DNA from: Nageia nagi
Lineage: Eukaryota; Plantae; Pinophyta
Assembly: GCA_050084985.1 (NCBI GenBank)
Contig: JBITNC010000001.1
Location: 100,502,001-100,566,000 of the forward strand
Reading direction: 5' to 3'
Length of the DNA stretch: 64,000 bases
Shown: piece after piece, positions 14,108-27,331 of the stretch
How the letters are laid out: each line of letters opens with the position of its first letter
How positions within the stretch are numbered: the stretch's first letter is position 1
Notes under the pieces: model-generated
What the model saw: only the letters and a program-made list of their open reading frames with translations
What the model was told of the DNA's origin: nothing
Databases searched by the model: none
Translations under genes and position numbers: made by a program

Positions 14108-14480
14108 ACAATGTACTTTGATGGATTGATGTATGAACAAGGGGTAGGTGCAGGAGTTATTTTCTTCACCCCTTAGGGTGTGACTATTCCCTATTATTTC
14201 AAACTCAATTTCCCATGAACTAATAATAATGAAGATTATGAAGATTTGATTTTGGGGCTAAAAGTAGCCATAGAGTTAATATTTAAGAGACTCTTAATCT
14301 ATAGAGATTCTTAATTGGTTTTTAACCAAATTATGGGGATTTATTAATGTCATAATAAAATATTTAAGGTTTATAAAAATATGGTATTGCTTCTTGAGTG
14401 GTTTAAAATGTAAAATATTTAGGTGACCCCTCAATTGTCAAATAGATTTCCTAATACAATGTCTTTCTTAGGGTCACTTA
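14108..14480 (+). pseudogene. Second (archaeal-type) RNase H domain
   Basis: MYFDGLMYEQGVGAGVIFFTP*G...KLNFP*TNNNEDYEDLILGLKVA...IYRDS*LVFNQI. An aRH between RH and INT is the Ogre/Retand arrangement. Confidence 0.88.
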
Positions 14481-14609
14481 TTCCACCAAATCCTCATCAA
14501 AACATTCAGCATGTGGAAGTAGTTAAATTAAAATAATCTTTGCTTAAAGTACCCCTACCTTATAATCTTTCAATAGTTCTTTTCAAGCATATCATAATCA
14601 AGCTAAGGG

Positions 14610-15873
14610 ATTTATGGTACACACAGTTATATGAATATCTTAAATGGAATTCCTTGCCTCCTAACATGTCTTCTAGTGAAAAATGAACATTTAAGCAAAA
14701 GGATTCCCATTATGTCATCTTAGGAGATGTTATATATAAATGGTATTATGACAGAGTTCTTTTAAAATGTTTAAAACTTTATAATCAATGATTATCTATA
14801 TATACATGTCATTATGATACGTTTGGTGGGCACTTAAATGGGGAAGCCATTGCAAAATGAATATTGAGAATGGAATACTATTGGCCCACCCTAGAACAAG
14901 ACTACAATGAGTATGTTAATAAATGTGTTAAGTGTCAATAACATGCTCACTTTCAATATTTTCCATCTCAAACACTCCAACATATCCATGCTATGTGGCC
15001 ATTTTCACAATGGGGATTTGATCTTATTATCCAATTTACACCACCCTGATTAGGAGGCCATAAATTTATTATCACTAAATTGAATAATTTACCAAATGGG
15101 TCAAAGTTGACCCATTATTTTACACCACAGGTCTTAAGATTGCTAATTTTATTAAGACACACATCATATGTCAATTTAACATTCTTGCAAAGATAATATC
15201 AAATAATGGGCTTAATTTTAAGAATTATAATGTGATAACATTGTGTAATGGATACAATATCAAACACTCTTTCTTCACACCATATTACCCCTAGGGTAAT
15301 GGGAAGGAAAAGGCCACAAATAAAATCATAGTCACCATTCTTAATAAGATGGTCAATGATAATCATATAAATTGGCATGAATTTCTTCCCTATACTTTAT
15401 GGGATTACCATATTATTATTTGGATACCTATGGTGGCCACCCCCTTTTAATTAGTATACAATGCAAAGGTAGTCATGCCACTTGAGTTAGAAAGCTTATC
15501 TTTGAGAGTGCAAATTCAAGGCCTCATTCTAGATGATAAAGTTAGATAAGCCATATTATACCAACTCACTCTTCTCGATGAGAGGTGATTCAATACCATT
15601 TAACATCACAAATTCTATCAAGAGTAGTTGAAAAGAGTCTACAACAAGAAGTTCATACCTAGATAATTTGGGATAAGTGACTTTTTTCTTGAAGAGAATC
15701 ATTAAGAATCACATCTTGAGTAGCCTCTTCAAGATATGTTTACATCAAATTGTTTAGGGCCTTACATTTTCAAGAGAAAAATTGGCATAAGTGCCTATCA
15801 TTTAACATATCTAGAAGGACGGTAAGATCTTGCACCTATTAACATCATACATATTCATCCATTCTATTCTTGA
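14610..15873 (+). pseudogene. Integrase, disrupted
   Basis: CH...FGGHLNG...YYWPTLEQD...KCVKCQ*HA, WPFSQWGFDLI, TPYYP*GNGKEKATNK, GPYI; stop at 15871-15873. Confidence 0.93.
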
Positions 15874-17197
15874 TCTTTGAAGTATTTGTTTATGTTTGTT
15901 TGTACTTGATTGTCATATATATTTTCTTTATTTGATCTTGTATGCATATTTTATCATCTTTGATTTGTTTGTTTGACCATGTCAATTCGATCTAGATTCT
16001 CATTTACTCTACATTGGGTTATGAGGGTGTCTTACATGCATACATACCCTTGATCTCATATGTCATATAATCTCCTTTGCTCACCACTTTGTTTAGACTT
16101 TTAATCATGATATTGGGAGTCAATACTCATATGGTTATTTACTTTTATTATCATCCTATCCTTTTTTGATGCATGGAGGCCACAAGTCACTCATCTCCCT
16201 ATTATCATGTGCCGATATTATATCATTGCATCTTATCATCATCTTTTATTATCTTGTATTTATCATTTTGTTTGACATCATCCTTGGTCCTCATCTTGAT
16301 CAAGATTATTGGACATTATCTTTGCATCTATTATGAAGCTGGCATAGTCCTAAACATGAGTGGAAGTTAGTCTCAAAATAAAGTGAGATAGCCCAAGTTG
16401 TTTATTTGCCTTGAATCTTTATATTTTATACCATTCATTTTTATATTATATTTTTTTCTTTTTGTGTCAATCCCATTGCATCTCAATCATGTAAGCCCTC
16501 ATCAATGATATTTTTGCATGTCTATTTGTGTTATATTTCAACATATATGATTCATGATTTTCCAATGATGACATAACCACTTAGGTCTCAATCAATATAT
16601 CAATTTGCTTTCAAATCATTCCTTGGGAATTGATTTTAGATTGATGACTATCATGGTTTTTGAGGGAAAATCCATACAATATTATCGTAACTTGTGACAC
16701 TGATGAACATTCATAGATGCCACATATCCTAGTCCTCATCAATCATGTATGCTTTGGTGATTTAGGCTTATATGATATTTTCTCATCCTTTAATATATTG
16801 GGTTGATGTCACTTTGATCACCTTTTATGTCTTTGTTGATATTTTATTGCTTTTGTCACATTATGCATTTGGATCATTTAGTTAAGGTTATTTTTGTTAG
16901 ACTATCATATTTTGCAAATAATATACTTCATTCATATCACATTCATTTAGAGAATCATGATCCATCAATTTCATCCACTTTGTATCACCCATAAAATGTT
17001 TATTTTGCATCCAAACTAGGTCACTTGCACTTATTCACATTATTGTTCATGGGTATCATCTTACATCAACTAGTGGCCTAATCATGTAAAATAGTCATTG
17101 TTCAACTTATTATATCATATCATATCATGCCAAGTCATTTCGAGTCATTTTGTAACCATTTTGGAGCCTATTCTATTTTAGGGCAAAGGTCCTAAAA

Positions 17198-17603
17198 TTT
17201 GACACCTTAAAAAAGTGGATTTAATTTCATGTTTTTAAACATAGTAAATTGTAACCTTTTCCATTTTGTCAGTTCCTAGCATATCCTTGATATACCTATA
17301 ATTAAAAGATAAGTTTTCATAGTCGCATTAGGTTATTATAATAGTTTTTGAAAGCAAAAGCTCGAGGTAGTTATAACAACACACTTTTAGTGAGCATTGA
17401 AGGTTTTTGTACTATCACAAGTAGCCCACAACTTTAGCTTCAAAAATATGATAAACAAACTCCATTTTTTGAGCCATTTATTCTTGCATTTAAATTGAAT
17501 TATGATTTATCCAATCAGCAAACCCATTTTCGAAGTTAGCATGGTGGTTGCTTGATTTAGTATACCAAAGTTTATCATTTTTCACTTTTTCCAAGGTGTT
17601 AAA
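17198..17603. repeat. ~24-bp imperfect inverted repeats bounding a ~400-bp segment in the Ogre 3' region
   Basis: TTTGACACCTTAAAAAAGTGGAT (17198-17220) versus the reverse complement of 17580-17603 (TTTAACACCTTGGAAAAAGTGAAA). Confidence 0.55.
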
Positions 17604-18829
17604 GTTTTATTTTGGTTATTTTTAATTGCATTTTCACAATGTGATCATATCATTATTGGTTGTTTCCATGTTCATTAACATAGTATGAGTATTTGGGCTT
17701 GTCATTTTAGCACGTTGTTGGGCCTCTTTTTGTAGTTCAATTTTATCATTTTACTTAGTTGTGTGTTAGTTATTTGTGTCATTTCATTTACCATATATTT
17801 TACATTTTAACCAACTTTATAGATCTAGTCACTTTGTCCTCATTTCTTTTCTATTATCTTCATTTTTCATTTTTAGTTGTTATTCTCATGTTCATTATGA
17901 TCATTTTTCATTAGTTTATCATGTATGTATCTTTTGTACTTACTTTTTATCCATTTTCTACATTCTCATCACTTTTTCTCATTATTATCTTTTGTTATAA
18001 ATTATATTGTTTTCTTTATTTCTTTATGCACAACTTTTATTTATTCTTTATGATTTTCCTTATTCTTACCACTTACCATAGTATTCATTTCTTATGGCAT
18101 TCATTTTACACTCACTTTTTAGTGTTTTGTGGTCTTGTCCATTTTTGCAATATATCCATTACATGTATCTATTATCTAGTTTCATTTATTCATCCATTTG
18201 TTTAGCTTTTTATATCAATTATGTACTTTTCTTATTGTTTGGTATCTTTTATTATTATCCATTCTTATCATTTTATGATTTGAGTGTTTTACTTTATGGG
18301 AATTTTGTATATTATCATTTTTCATTTTATAGTGTGTCAATTACATGTGTTGTTATGCCATACATTGTTTATTAACCATTAGCAAAATGTGCATATAGGT
18401 GCATGTGTACATATTATATCATAATATCCATCCATTTATTATATCATTTTAAGCATTCATATAGCATCCATACATCATTTCAAATCATATAAAAATCATT
18501 CATGTAGCAATATCATACACATGCAATAGCTAGTATAAGTGCATAAACCATATATCATGTGTCATATAGCATAGTCAACACATAAATACATAATATCTAA
18601 ATGAGTCAAGTTTACACAAGATTATATGTCCATCCATAAATCAAGTGCATTCATCCATATAGGTAACCAAATATATCAAAATATCCATAATCAAATATCA
18701 TCAATATATACAAAAATCCATGTATATAGTCCATAATGTTTATCTCATTAGTACATAAGCCATGCGCTATAGGGCACCAAAAATGCATATACATATGTCT
18801 GCATTCATATAAGTAAACCTATAATTCTA

Positions 18830-19955
18830 CTCCTAGAGTAGTCAAGACCTTCTCAGACCTAGTGTAGTCCCTGTATCATCCCTACCCTTTGTTCAAGCCC
18901 TTGATGGGCTCACCCTATCTATGGTCATCCACTTACTATGGTGACTTGAAAATCCTACCTACCACCTAGGTAACCTGTTAAATCATCCTATGCATAGGTC
19001 CCTATATCCTAGATGATGTTTTTCTAACTAAATGTGCCTCACTCATGTGAGGCTTGGAAATTTTCCTTGAGTAAATATTGGCTATTTGTTGTGTCCTTGA
19101 TGTTGCTAGGTCTTTAGGTATCAACCTTACCTCCATAAGTTTTTGCATGTATGCTTATGCATAGAAAACATCCTTATCCAAGTCATACAAGACCCCCTAC
19201 ATCCTTCATTCATGCTCTATCATGCTCATGGTAGGCTCTTCCCTTGAGCCTACACCTCCCTCTTTCTACAATCTTAGTGTATCTCTTTCTCTAGCCATAG
19301 CTATAATGGTAACCAATAGTATCCTCATCTTGTCATGCTATGCTTCGTGTAGCATCTTCTCTACATCTAGTTTCCCCTATTATGCATCTTACTCACTCTT
19401 GTACTATGAAATGCAAGGATCTATTCCAATATTTGAGTTTGATGCTATCAACTCTTCATTATTCCATTGGGGGATCCAAAATCCTATTTGTATATCCTCT
19501 ATTATCTCCTCTATTGAGGGTTGATCCTATGCCTACTACTCCTGCTAAGGATCTAGTCCTTCAAGAGAATCCATTTCCATATAGTCCTTATCCCTATCAC
19601 CCTGATAATCCTCCTTCTCCTACACCTTATCCTCCCCTTGATCACCCTCCTTTGATTGATTTCCCACCTTGACTTAAGGGTCAACTTGTGTTAAGGAACT
19701 CTACCCAACTTGCACTACTTATTCTAGGATCCTCACCCTCTTAGGGGCCCACCATGTATCATAACTCACCATAATCCTAGTGTCACACACTATCGACCAT
19801 ACTATTAGGGGTTGAGTGTTGCCTTCAACTATGCATACACTATTTGAGGCCTTATTAGGACCTCTTTCCTGACCTATCCATATAGTGTTAATTCTAATGG
19901 CACATCCTATTGCATGTCAAACTATCTTTGGATCCTCTCAAAGTGGAAGACCTCC
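18830..19955 (-). pseudogene. Antisense PMD ORF, C-terminal part
   Basis: EVFHFERIQR*FDMQ*DVP corresponds to PMD Y/HxPxRVxRQFGxxQxIP. Also VSYDTWW, then a G/R-rich and charged tail. The lower boundary is approximate. Confidence 0.75.
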
Positions 19956-21581
19956 TATGATGAGCCTTAATTTGGGCTCACTATATTTGGTATAAATCCT
20001 CAAATTTGAAACCCAAAATAATAATAAAAATCATAAAATAGGCCCTAAGAGAGGGACATCTAACTCTAATACCATGTCTCACTCAATAATAATTAGAATA
20101 ACCCAATTAATTATGCAAATATTGGTTCTCATCCATTAACATCATAAAATTTCAATGTATAAGTGTGCGAAGATAAATGTAGTAAAGGAGCATGCAAAAT
20201 AGTAAAGAAATGAGTCAACAATTTAATTACAGTTGATAAGAAATAAAGATATCAATTATAATGCTTTGGTAATGAATACTGATACACCAGGTCTCTTATA
20301 TGTAGTGTGGCAAAGCTTTGTACTAGGGATTCCGCTTCCAATAGCTATGGTAGATCTAAGAGATCCATTAGTAGTATTCTAATAGTCCAAGGGTAATAAC
20401 AACACCCCTCTAATAGCTAATTGACAATTTGGGTTGCACCAACCCCCAAGTGTTCACCCACATAAGTCTTGTATTGCACCCCACTATAGGTACCTCACCC
20501 CATTACAAGTACCTCACCTTGAAGAATGGAATCAAGGAAGAGAAACACATAAGCCAAGGGTAAGAAAGCATAATAATAATCAGATACATTTGTCTTCCAT
20601 GAATCCTCCTTATATAGTGAGAGGTAGCTTCATCTCTAATCATGCATTAGGATTTATGTAATCTCATTCAATAATTTACAAGGGTGATCCATGTGCTCTC
20701 ATATCCCACATCCAAGATTGAGTTTCCTCGAGATGGTAGTAATTACATCCAAGACTTAGGAATACCAACATTGTATTATGAGAGTCCTCCATATGCCTAG
20801 GTAACATCAACATCAAGCTAAAAACCTCTAAGGAAGATGTGGGTATCTTGGGATGCCTAATTTCACATCTTAATGGTCCAATCCTCTCCTCAAGCCCAAC
20901 CTCCAAGTGTGGAATATTCTAATGCTTCGTAGTGGGTGAAAATACCTTGGCATCATGCTCTACCTTAAAAGGGTAGCAATATTACTAAAGAGGCCTATTA
21001 AATACCATTATTACAATCATCATGGCTTTCGAATATGCAAAGTCCCAAATTAGGTGACTAATATTGTATTTACAATTAATAATTGCCTTAGTATATTAAT
21101 TAGATAATTATTATCATAAAAAAATATAAAATCACTCCTAATGTACTCAAATAGGCCCAACATCCCATAATTGGAGTAATTAATTAATATTCAAGTGGAA
21201 CTTACAATTAAAGGGCTGAATTACCATAAAAGTTAAAATGCTAATAAAATACTCCTAATTAAATATAAATCACTCCTAGATTAATTAAATAATAATTACA
21301 CATCCTTAGAAGAAAGACATGACCTTTCTAGTGATCAACTAAAAGGAGAATTCTTGATTCTCATGCACATGCGATATTAGAAAATTGGCTTGATAGGAAA
21401 ACTTTAAAATGCCATAACTTCCTCATTTCTCAATAAAAGCCATGTCATGTAGCTTGTCAAAATGATTGGCACAAGGTTCTCTTTCCGATCTAAGTGATGA
21501 AACATCAAGTTTTAGCTTGTAGAAGATGGAATCCCCTTAAAACCAAAAATAAGTAGAACCTTATAAATTGGGAACATTACA
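19956..21581 (-). repeat. Element D 3' LTR (1626 bp)
   Basis: Starts TGTAATGTTCCC on minus. TATA-like CTATATAAG on minus at 20609-20617. Aligns with 24829-25670. Confidence 0.9.
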
Positions 21582-22299
21582 ATACCATCCATCCAAAATT
21601 TCTTTTCCCCAAGCAGTGCTAAGATAATCATCATGTTGATAATGTCCCAATTTATTTTTGAATAAAGTTCTTCATGTTTCCATTGTATTTTTCTAATTGT
21701 GAATTCATCATACCATGGTGGTGCTCCATTGATTTCAATGATAGGTACATGTACAAAATGTATCACTAAGAGGGTTCTAATTCCTTTATTCCATATAAGG
21801 ATAAGAAATATTATAGAGTACTTATGTTGAATCATATATGTCTTCCAAGACTATTCACAAACTATGCATGTATATTCAATATGCCTCAAGTTACTAGAAT
21901 GTCTCCCACACTATTTAGATGTGCCTTCTTCAACCACAACTTCGTGCATGATGTCATTATGCTTCCATTTCCCCCTTTTTTTACTATAAAATCCTATCCA
22001 AATGTAGTTTAGTGTATGGTCAGAGATGGACTTTCATCATGCTCTCAGCTTCTTAATGTTCCCTCTATTATGATGATTTTGTATGTAGTCTCTACATAAT
22101 GTGGTACTATTGCATTATAATTCTATTTCAAATCTACCCACATTGAAAAAGAATGATGTTCATTGTAGTCTTGAAACCCTGTGCTTAATTTTGTCCCATG
22201 ATGAGAATTCCTTATAGAAGTTTGTATATGTTTATGGATGTGAATATTCCTTCTAACCTCTTTTTTACCATCATCCCATCAACCATTATCATCATAGTG

Positions 22300-23900
22300 G
22301 CATCCATAACTTGTGCAATGATATATGCCATGTTTTTGCTTATACTTCCTTTAACTTCTTGCATTTATCCTTTAATGTTCTATTCTCTTCTTTGAGATTT
22401 GTTGCTTCAACTAAAATCTTTGTCAATGAATACTTTAATTATTCAACATGCTCAAGACTTTTTTCCTTGTTATCCTTATTTTCTTCATTTTATTGGAGAA
22501 TGTGTAGTACTTTATTTTTTATCTTGAGTAGAGCATCCTTAAATACAACAATTTTTACCTTTTCACTTGTAGTATCTCCCTTTTCTTTATTTTCTTTAGC
22601 ATTACTTTCCTCATGGGAAATTGTTAACTTATCAATCTCTTCTTCCTGATGTTGGATATTAGATGCAAATTATACTTTCAAGGATTCCATCATTTATTGT
22701 ATTTATTGTTGCAATATTGCATACCTCTTCAATGATGCTTACATTAACTCATGTTTCTTCCTCCATTCACTTAACTCTTCCTTAGCAAGTTTAGTTTGCT
22801 CTTGAGTAGTACATCCTTAAATACAACAATTTATGCCTTTGCAATTGTAGTATCTCCTTTTTCTTTGTGAGCTTCAACATTACTTTCCTCAAAGGAAATA
22901 GTTAACTTATCAATATCTTATTTTGGATGTTGGATGGTAGATGCAAACTATACTTTCAAGGATTCCATCGTTTATTGTGTTTCTTATTGTAGTATCATAG
23001 ACCTCTCCAATTTTGCTTATGCTAAATCATGTTTCTTCCTTCATTCACTTAACTCTTACTTAGCAAGTTTAGTTTTCTCTTAGTTTGTACATAATCTTAC
23101 TCCCACAGAATGATATTTATCTTCCAAAGAGGAAATCTTTGTGACCATTTATTTTTCCCTAGTTTCTTATTTTATTTGAAATTGGCCATACCTTTTCGTC
23201 CATTTCAATCTTTCCTCTTTTACCATTTTCAACAATTTTTAATCATTTTCATAACTATTTCAATTTCTCTATATTTACTTTTCTATCAATTTCAATTTAT
23301 CCTTAAGTGAGTGACTCTTTGCTTGTAATTAATTCCTAATGATATTAAATTTTTTAACCATTTAGATACTCTAGATAGTGCAGCTTGCTCCTACTTCTTA
23401 ACCTTGGTGAAACTTATTTTGGTTTTGGTGAGTTTACCCGTTAGTGACTCCATAGATTTAGCAAGGGAAGTTAATTCACCCTTAGCATTTTCAACATAGA
23501 TGTCTGCATCTTTTGGTTGTGCTTCATGTACATGTCCTTGTTCTTGCTTTTGTATGCTCTTTCTTTGATCAAGGGGAATAACTTTTCTTACTTCTCATAC
23601 TATTTTTATTAAATTTATCCTACCTTTTAAATCCAAATATATCTTAAATTCTACCACCTTTTTCTAATTTTTTGATGTCTTATTATACTCAATTTGTAGC
23701 TTATCTAATTTTGTTGCCTTTGGATCAACAAGTTATTTCAAAATAGCTATCAAAGTATCCAAATGTTGCTATACCATCTTACTAATCAAATTTGCTACTT
23801 TCTTATTTCTCCATAATTGTAATTTAAATTGTAGAAACTAAATTAGAAATTTTGAAATTTTCTTAAACCTATAAAATAAAGCCTTAAATTATGAAATGAT
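22300..23900 (-). pseudogene. Decayed unknown coiled-coil-like ORF inside element D
   Basis: Manual minus-strand translation gives K/E/L/Q-rich text: NAKGELTSLAKSMESLTGKLTKTK...LQAKSHSLKDKLKLIEK...MVTKISSLEDKY...EKTKLAK*ELSE*RKKH...IDKLTISFEES. Confidence 0.55.
22523..23080. repeat. Tandem duplication, 2 x ~278 bp
   Basis: Both units start CTTGAGTAG..CATCCTTAAATACAACAATTT (22523, 22801) and end CTTAGCAAGTTT(T)AGTTT. Confidence 0.92.
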
Positions 23901-24828
23901 CTTGATCCAAGTGTAATCTTTGATGATGAATGACTCAAACTAGGCACTAAGGCCCAATATCCAACCTTTCTCACCTCAAAACCATGATTTTAGTGCTATA
24001 ATCTCCCACATAAGGCTTTATATGCTCAAGATTCATAATTCAGATTCAAAAGCTCCCAAATGTTTCTCCAGGGGACCAACAAATGATATCTTAAGCTAAA
24101 ATTATGTCTTGAAGGATACAACGAACTAGTTAACAATCACAAACTCTTCAAAATTATAAAAATTTCTTAATGTCTCTCTTAATAACTATAATTTTAATTT
24201 TTAATAGCTCAAAATGTTATATCTCCTTGATGAGTTATTGTAATGCCTTATTCAATTAATTTTGCCTAGCATAATAGCAAAATCAAATTTCCATGGTAAA
24301 TTCATGTGAATACAATGTTGATACCTTTCTATGAATCCACTATGATGTAATTGTAATTCTCCTTAGTCCTTCTTAGACTAACAGGATGACTAAGATACTA
24401 CTATGACTTCAAACTCTCACATCTCCTTCTCCACAATATTTAGCCCAACAAAATGGCAAGATATTAGCTCCAAATTAACTCCATTATGATCCAAAAGCTA
24501 AACATCACCCTTTAAATCCTCCAAACCCTATAATGTAATCAAAATAGGTCCAATGAACTACCCTATTGATGAGATCTAGTGCTTAGATTCTAATTTTTTC
24601 CTTCAATATCATTAGAACTTCCTTCAACTCCTTATTTAGATCTTCATCTAGCATAATGGTAAGATCTAAGCTTAGCAACTTCTCTCTAGTAGGATAGAGA
24701 GACTCCCTCTCTTCAATAACTAAAAGTCTTCCAAGATCAAACCTAGCAGAATGGCAAGATCTTGGCTCTAATATATCTACTAAACTCCTTAATTCCATAG
24801 GTTCATAGAATCAAAGCTCCATTACCAC

Positions 24829-25670
24829 TACAATGAGCCTTAATTTAAGCTTAGTTGGATTGGTACAAATCCCCAAATTTAAAACTCAAAATAATAATAA
24901 AAATTATAAAATGTTCCCTAAGAGAGGGATGTCCCACTCTAATGCTAGATCTCACTCAATAATGCTCAAAATAATCCAATGAATCATGCATAGATTGGAT
25001 CTCATCAATTAACATCACATAAACTTAATGTACAAGCATGGGAATCCAAATGCAATAAAAGAGCATGCAAAATAGTAAATAAATGAGAAAATAATATAAT
25101 TACTATTGATAAGAAATGGAGATCTCAACTATAATGCTTTGGTGATGAAGAGTGATGAACTAGGGCTTAGATATATAGTCTAGAAAGGCTTACACCAGGG
25201 CTTCCTCCTCCAATAGCTATGGTGGAATCTTAGATATCCACTAGCATGATTCTAATAATCTAAAGGTAATACCAACACCCCTAAAATAGCTAGCTAACAA
25301 CTTATGTTATGCCAACCCCCAAATGTTCACCCATGTAAGTTCTCTACTATGCCTTGCGAAAGGTACCTCATCCTAAAGAATGGAATCAAGGAAGAGCAAC
25401 ATCCAAGCCAAGAGTAAGAAAGCATAGTAATAATCAGATAGCTTCATTTATAATCATGTGTTAGTATTGATGTAATCTCATCCAACAATATTCAGGGATG
25501 ATCCTTTTCCTCTCATATCATACATCCAAGATTGAGGTGCCTTGAGATGAGAGTAATCACATCCAAGGGTCAAGAATACCAACATTGGGTTATGAGAGTC
25601 CTCCATACACATAGGTACCATCATCATAAAACCAAAAATTAGTAGAAACTTATAAATTATGGATATTACA
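24829..25670 (-). repeat. Element D 5' LTR (842 bp, internally deleted)
   Basis: Lacks the segments matching ~20815-21538 and 20587-20626 of the other LTR. Confidence 0.9.
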
Positions 25671-26561
25671 CCTCCACATCTCATACATGGTGCCCTTGTA
25701 GGTATTGTGTCCTCTTGACTCATGTAAGTTGCATATCCTCCTCTGCTTAGTGGGAAGCATCCCTCCATGGTTTCTAAATGAAATTGCATGGTTTTAATCT
25801 AGCCAACACCATACAATACCAATCAATACAACCTTCATAGGGTCATCACCATGGCCATTCTAGATCATGAGGCCATCATCATGCAAATGGTAGCTCCATC
25901 CAATGATTGGTGGTACATCAATCATCACATCATTTGTATGCACCATCATAGGTAGGGCATTTAGTTGTGCTAACTAAATATGATCATAGGCCTATACCTA
26001 TATCAATAGTGAGGTGCTCATATCTCATTTTCCTCTCTTGGTCCCTACTAGCTCTTTATAGGTTTATGCTAGCATCATTAGCCCCCATGCAAATATTATC
26101 CTCTCTTGTACCATCATAGCAAGCTCCTTAAACATCCTTCAAGGGAACCTAATTCCTAAGAAATGTGGAAACATGAATGACAACATGATTAGTATGATGA
26201 GCATATCTCATAACCCCAATCAGCATGAGTCATATAGCATATCTATCATTGGTCCTCCTCCCTAAATATCCAGGGTCTAGTAGTTGTCTCCCATATATGG
26301 TTACATCACCACCCTATTGATGGCCACCATAACCAACTCACCCTTTATAGGAACATGGAAGATGCAATAAATATCCTCCTATGTGAAGGTCATCTCCCAT
26401 TTGGGGAGTAGGAATGTGCATCTATCTGAGTCAAACCTCTCTTGCAATGCAGTCATATATGAGGTATTGCCCACAATCTTATGGATGCATGTAGCACCTA
26501 CTAGGCCTATCACCTCGAGCCAATCCTAGTTAGTCTGGTCAAGCATGTCATGCACTCTCAC
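25671..26561 (-). pseudogene. Antisense PMD ORF, core of the plant mobile domain (PF10536-like)
   Basis: YMTALQERFDSDRCTFLLPKWEMTFT*EDIYCIFHVPIKG (~26460-26340) matches the PMD consensus LxALxERWxxETxTFHLPxGEMTITLEDVxxILGLPxxG. Also FI*KPWRD (FxWRPY) near 25765. Confidence 0.88.
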
Positions 26562-27331
26562 TAGGAGTTTCAAAACTTATACCATAAATTGATTTGTTAT
26601 ACATTTTGATAAGCATTATACATTCCAACACTCCCCCTTAACACAATATTGGGATAGAGCAAATAAGAGAGAAGAAAGAGAGAAAGTAAGAGAGTTCTTC
26701 TCTAAATAAATACAACAAAGATGAGAATTTTTTACATATTTATGAAGTAAAAGATCTAATTTGAGACTCATTACTTAGCCAAATACAATCACTAACCACA
26801 ACCAATTTCAATGTACATGAAGTAGTCATCCAATTAGAAGTCATGAAGAATCTTCAAGAGCTTGCATACCTAAGGTAAGTAACCTGCAATCTCAAAGGAA
26901 CTTGCAAATCATAAGCAACTCAAATAATAAGATCAGCTAGATGAATATTAACAATAATAGATGAATCACACAAATGCCATCGTGAACTGACCAATGATGC
27001 ACTATAAGTCATCATGAAGATGTCATACCAAAAAAATCATAGTCACTTATTGTATATAAAACATATGTTGATTATCATTACAAAATAGAGCATGCACATA
27101 TGATTTCCTTACATATAGATAACTAAATAATGCCAAAATACATATAAGAGTTCCTCACATATGGATAACTGCAAAGTGCTAGATTGACTAATATTTTTCT
27201 TTAAAAATTTGTACAAGTTCCTCATGCAAAGTGAACTTACTATGAAGGTGTACAACAAAATCAATACTATATAGCACAAAATCCTCCTAGGGGTGAAGTT
27301 ATCATCATAAACATGAATTCAACATAAGAAT

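Larger units (their letters stand above)
19956..25670 (-). mobile_element. Non-autonomous LTR element D (probably chromovirus-derived) inserted in the PMD ORF
   Basis: Exact TSD CCTCC (19951-19955 and 25671-25675). LTRs at 19956-21581 and 24829-25670. Met-like PBS TGGTAATGGAGC on minus at 24816-24827. No RT or INT motifs. The internal end IQWK...NW...LLGEKKFWMDGIVM resembles a decayed chromodomain terminus running into the PPT and LTR. Confidence 0.88.

Noticed and set aside
16695-16730. Hammerhead ribozyme core (CTGATGA at ~16700; retrozyme idea)
   Set aside because: No correctly spaced GAAA and no flanking stems. It is not in an LTR.
17776-18375. Overlapping hydrophobic ORFs (membrane protein or env-like)
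   Set aside because: T-rich low-complexity DNA gives F/L/I/Y-rich ORFs in all three frames. No conserved motif.
19222-19672. Plus-strand Pro-rich ORFs (extensin-like)
   Set aside because: They are the antisense shadow of the G/R-rich tail of the minus-strand PMD ORF.
20676-20906. Similar ORFs at 20676-20906 and 25478-25789 (MEDSHN.MLVFL)
   Set aside because: They are LTR duplicates of element D. The second ORF crosses the insertion junction, so it is not a real gene.
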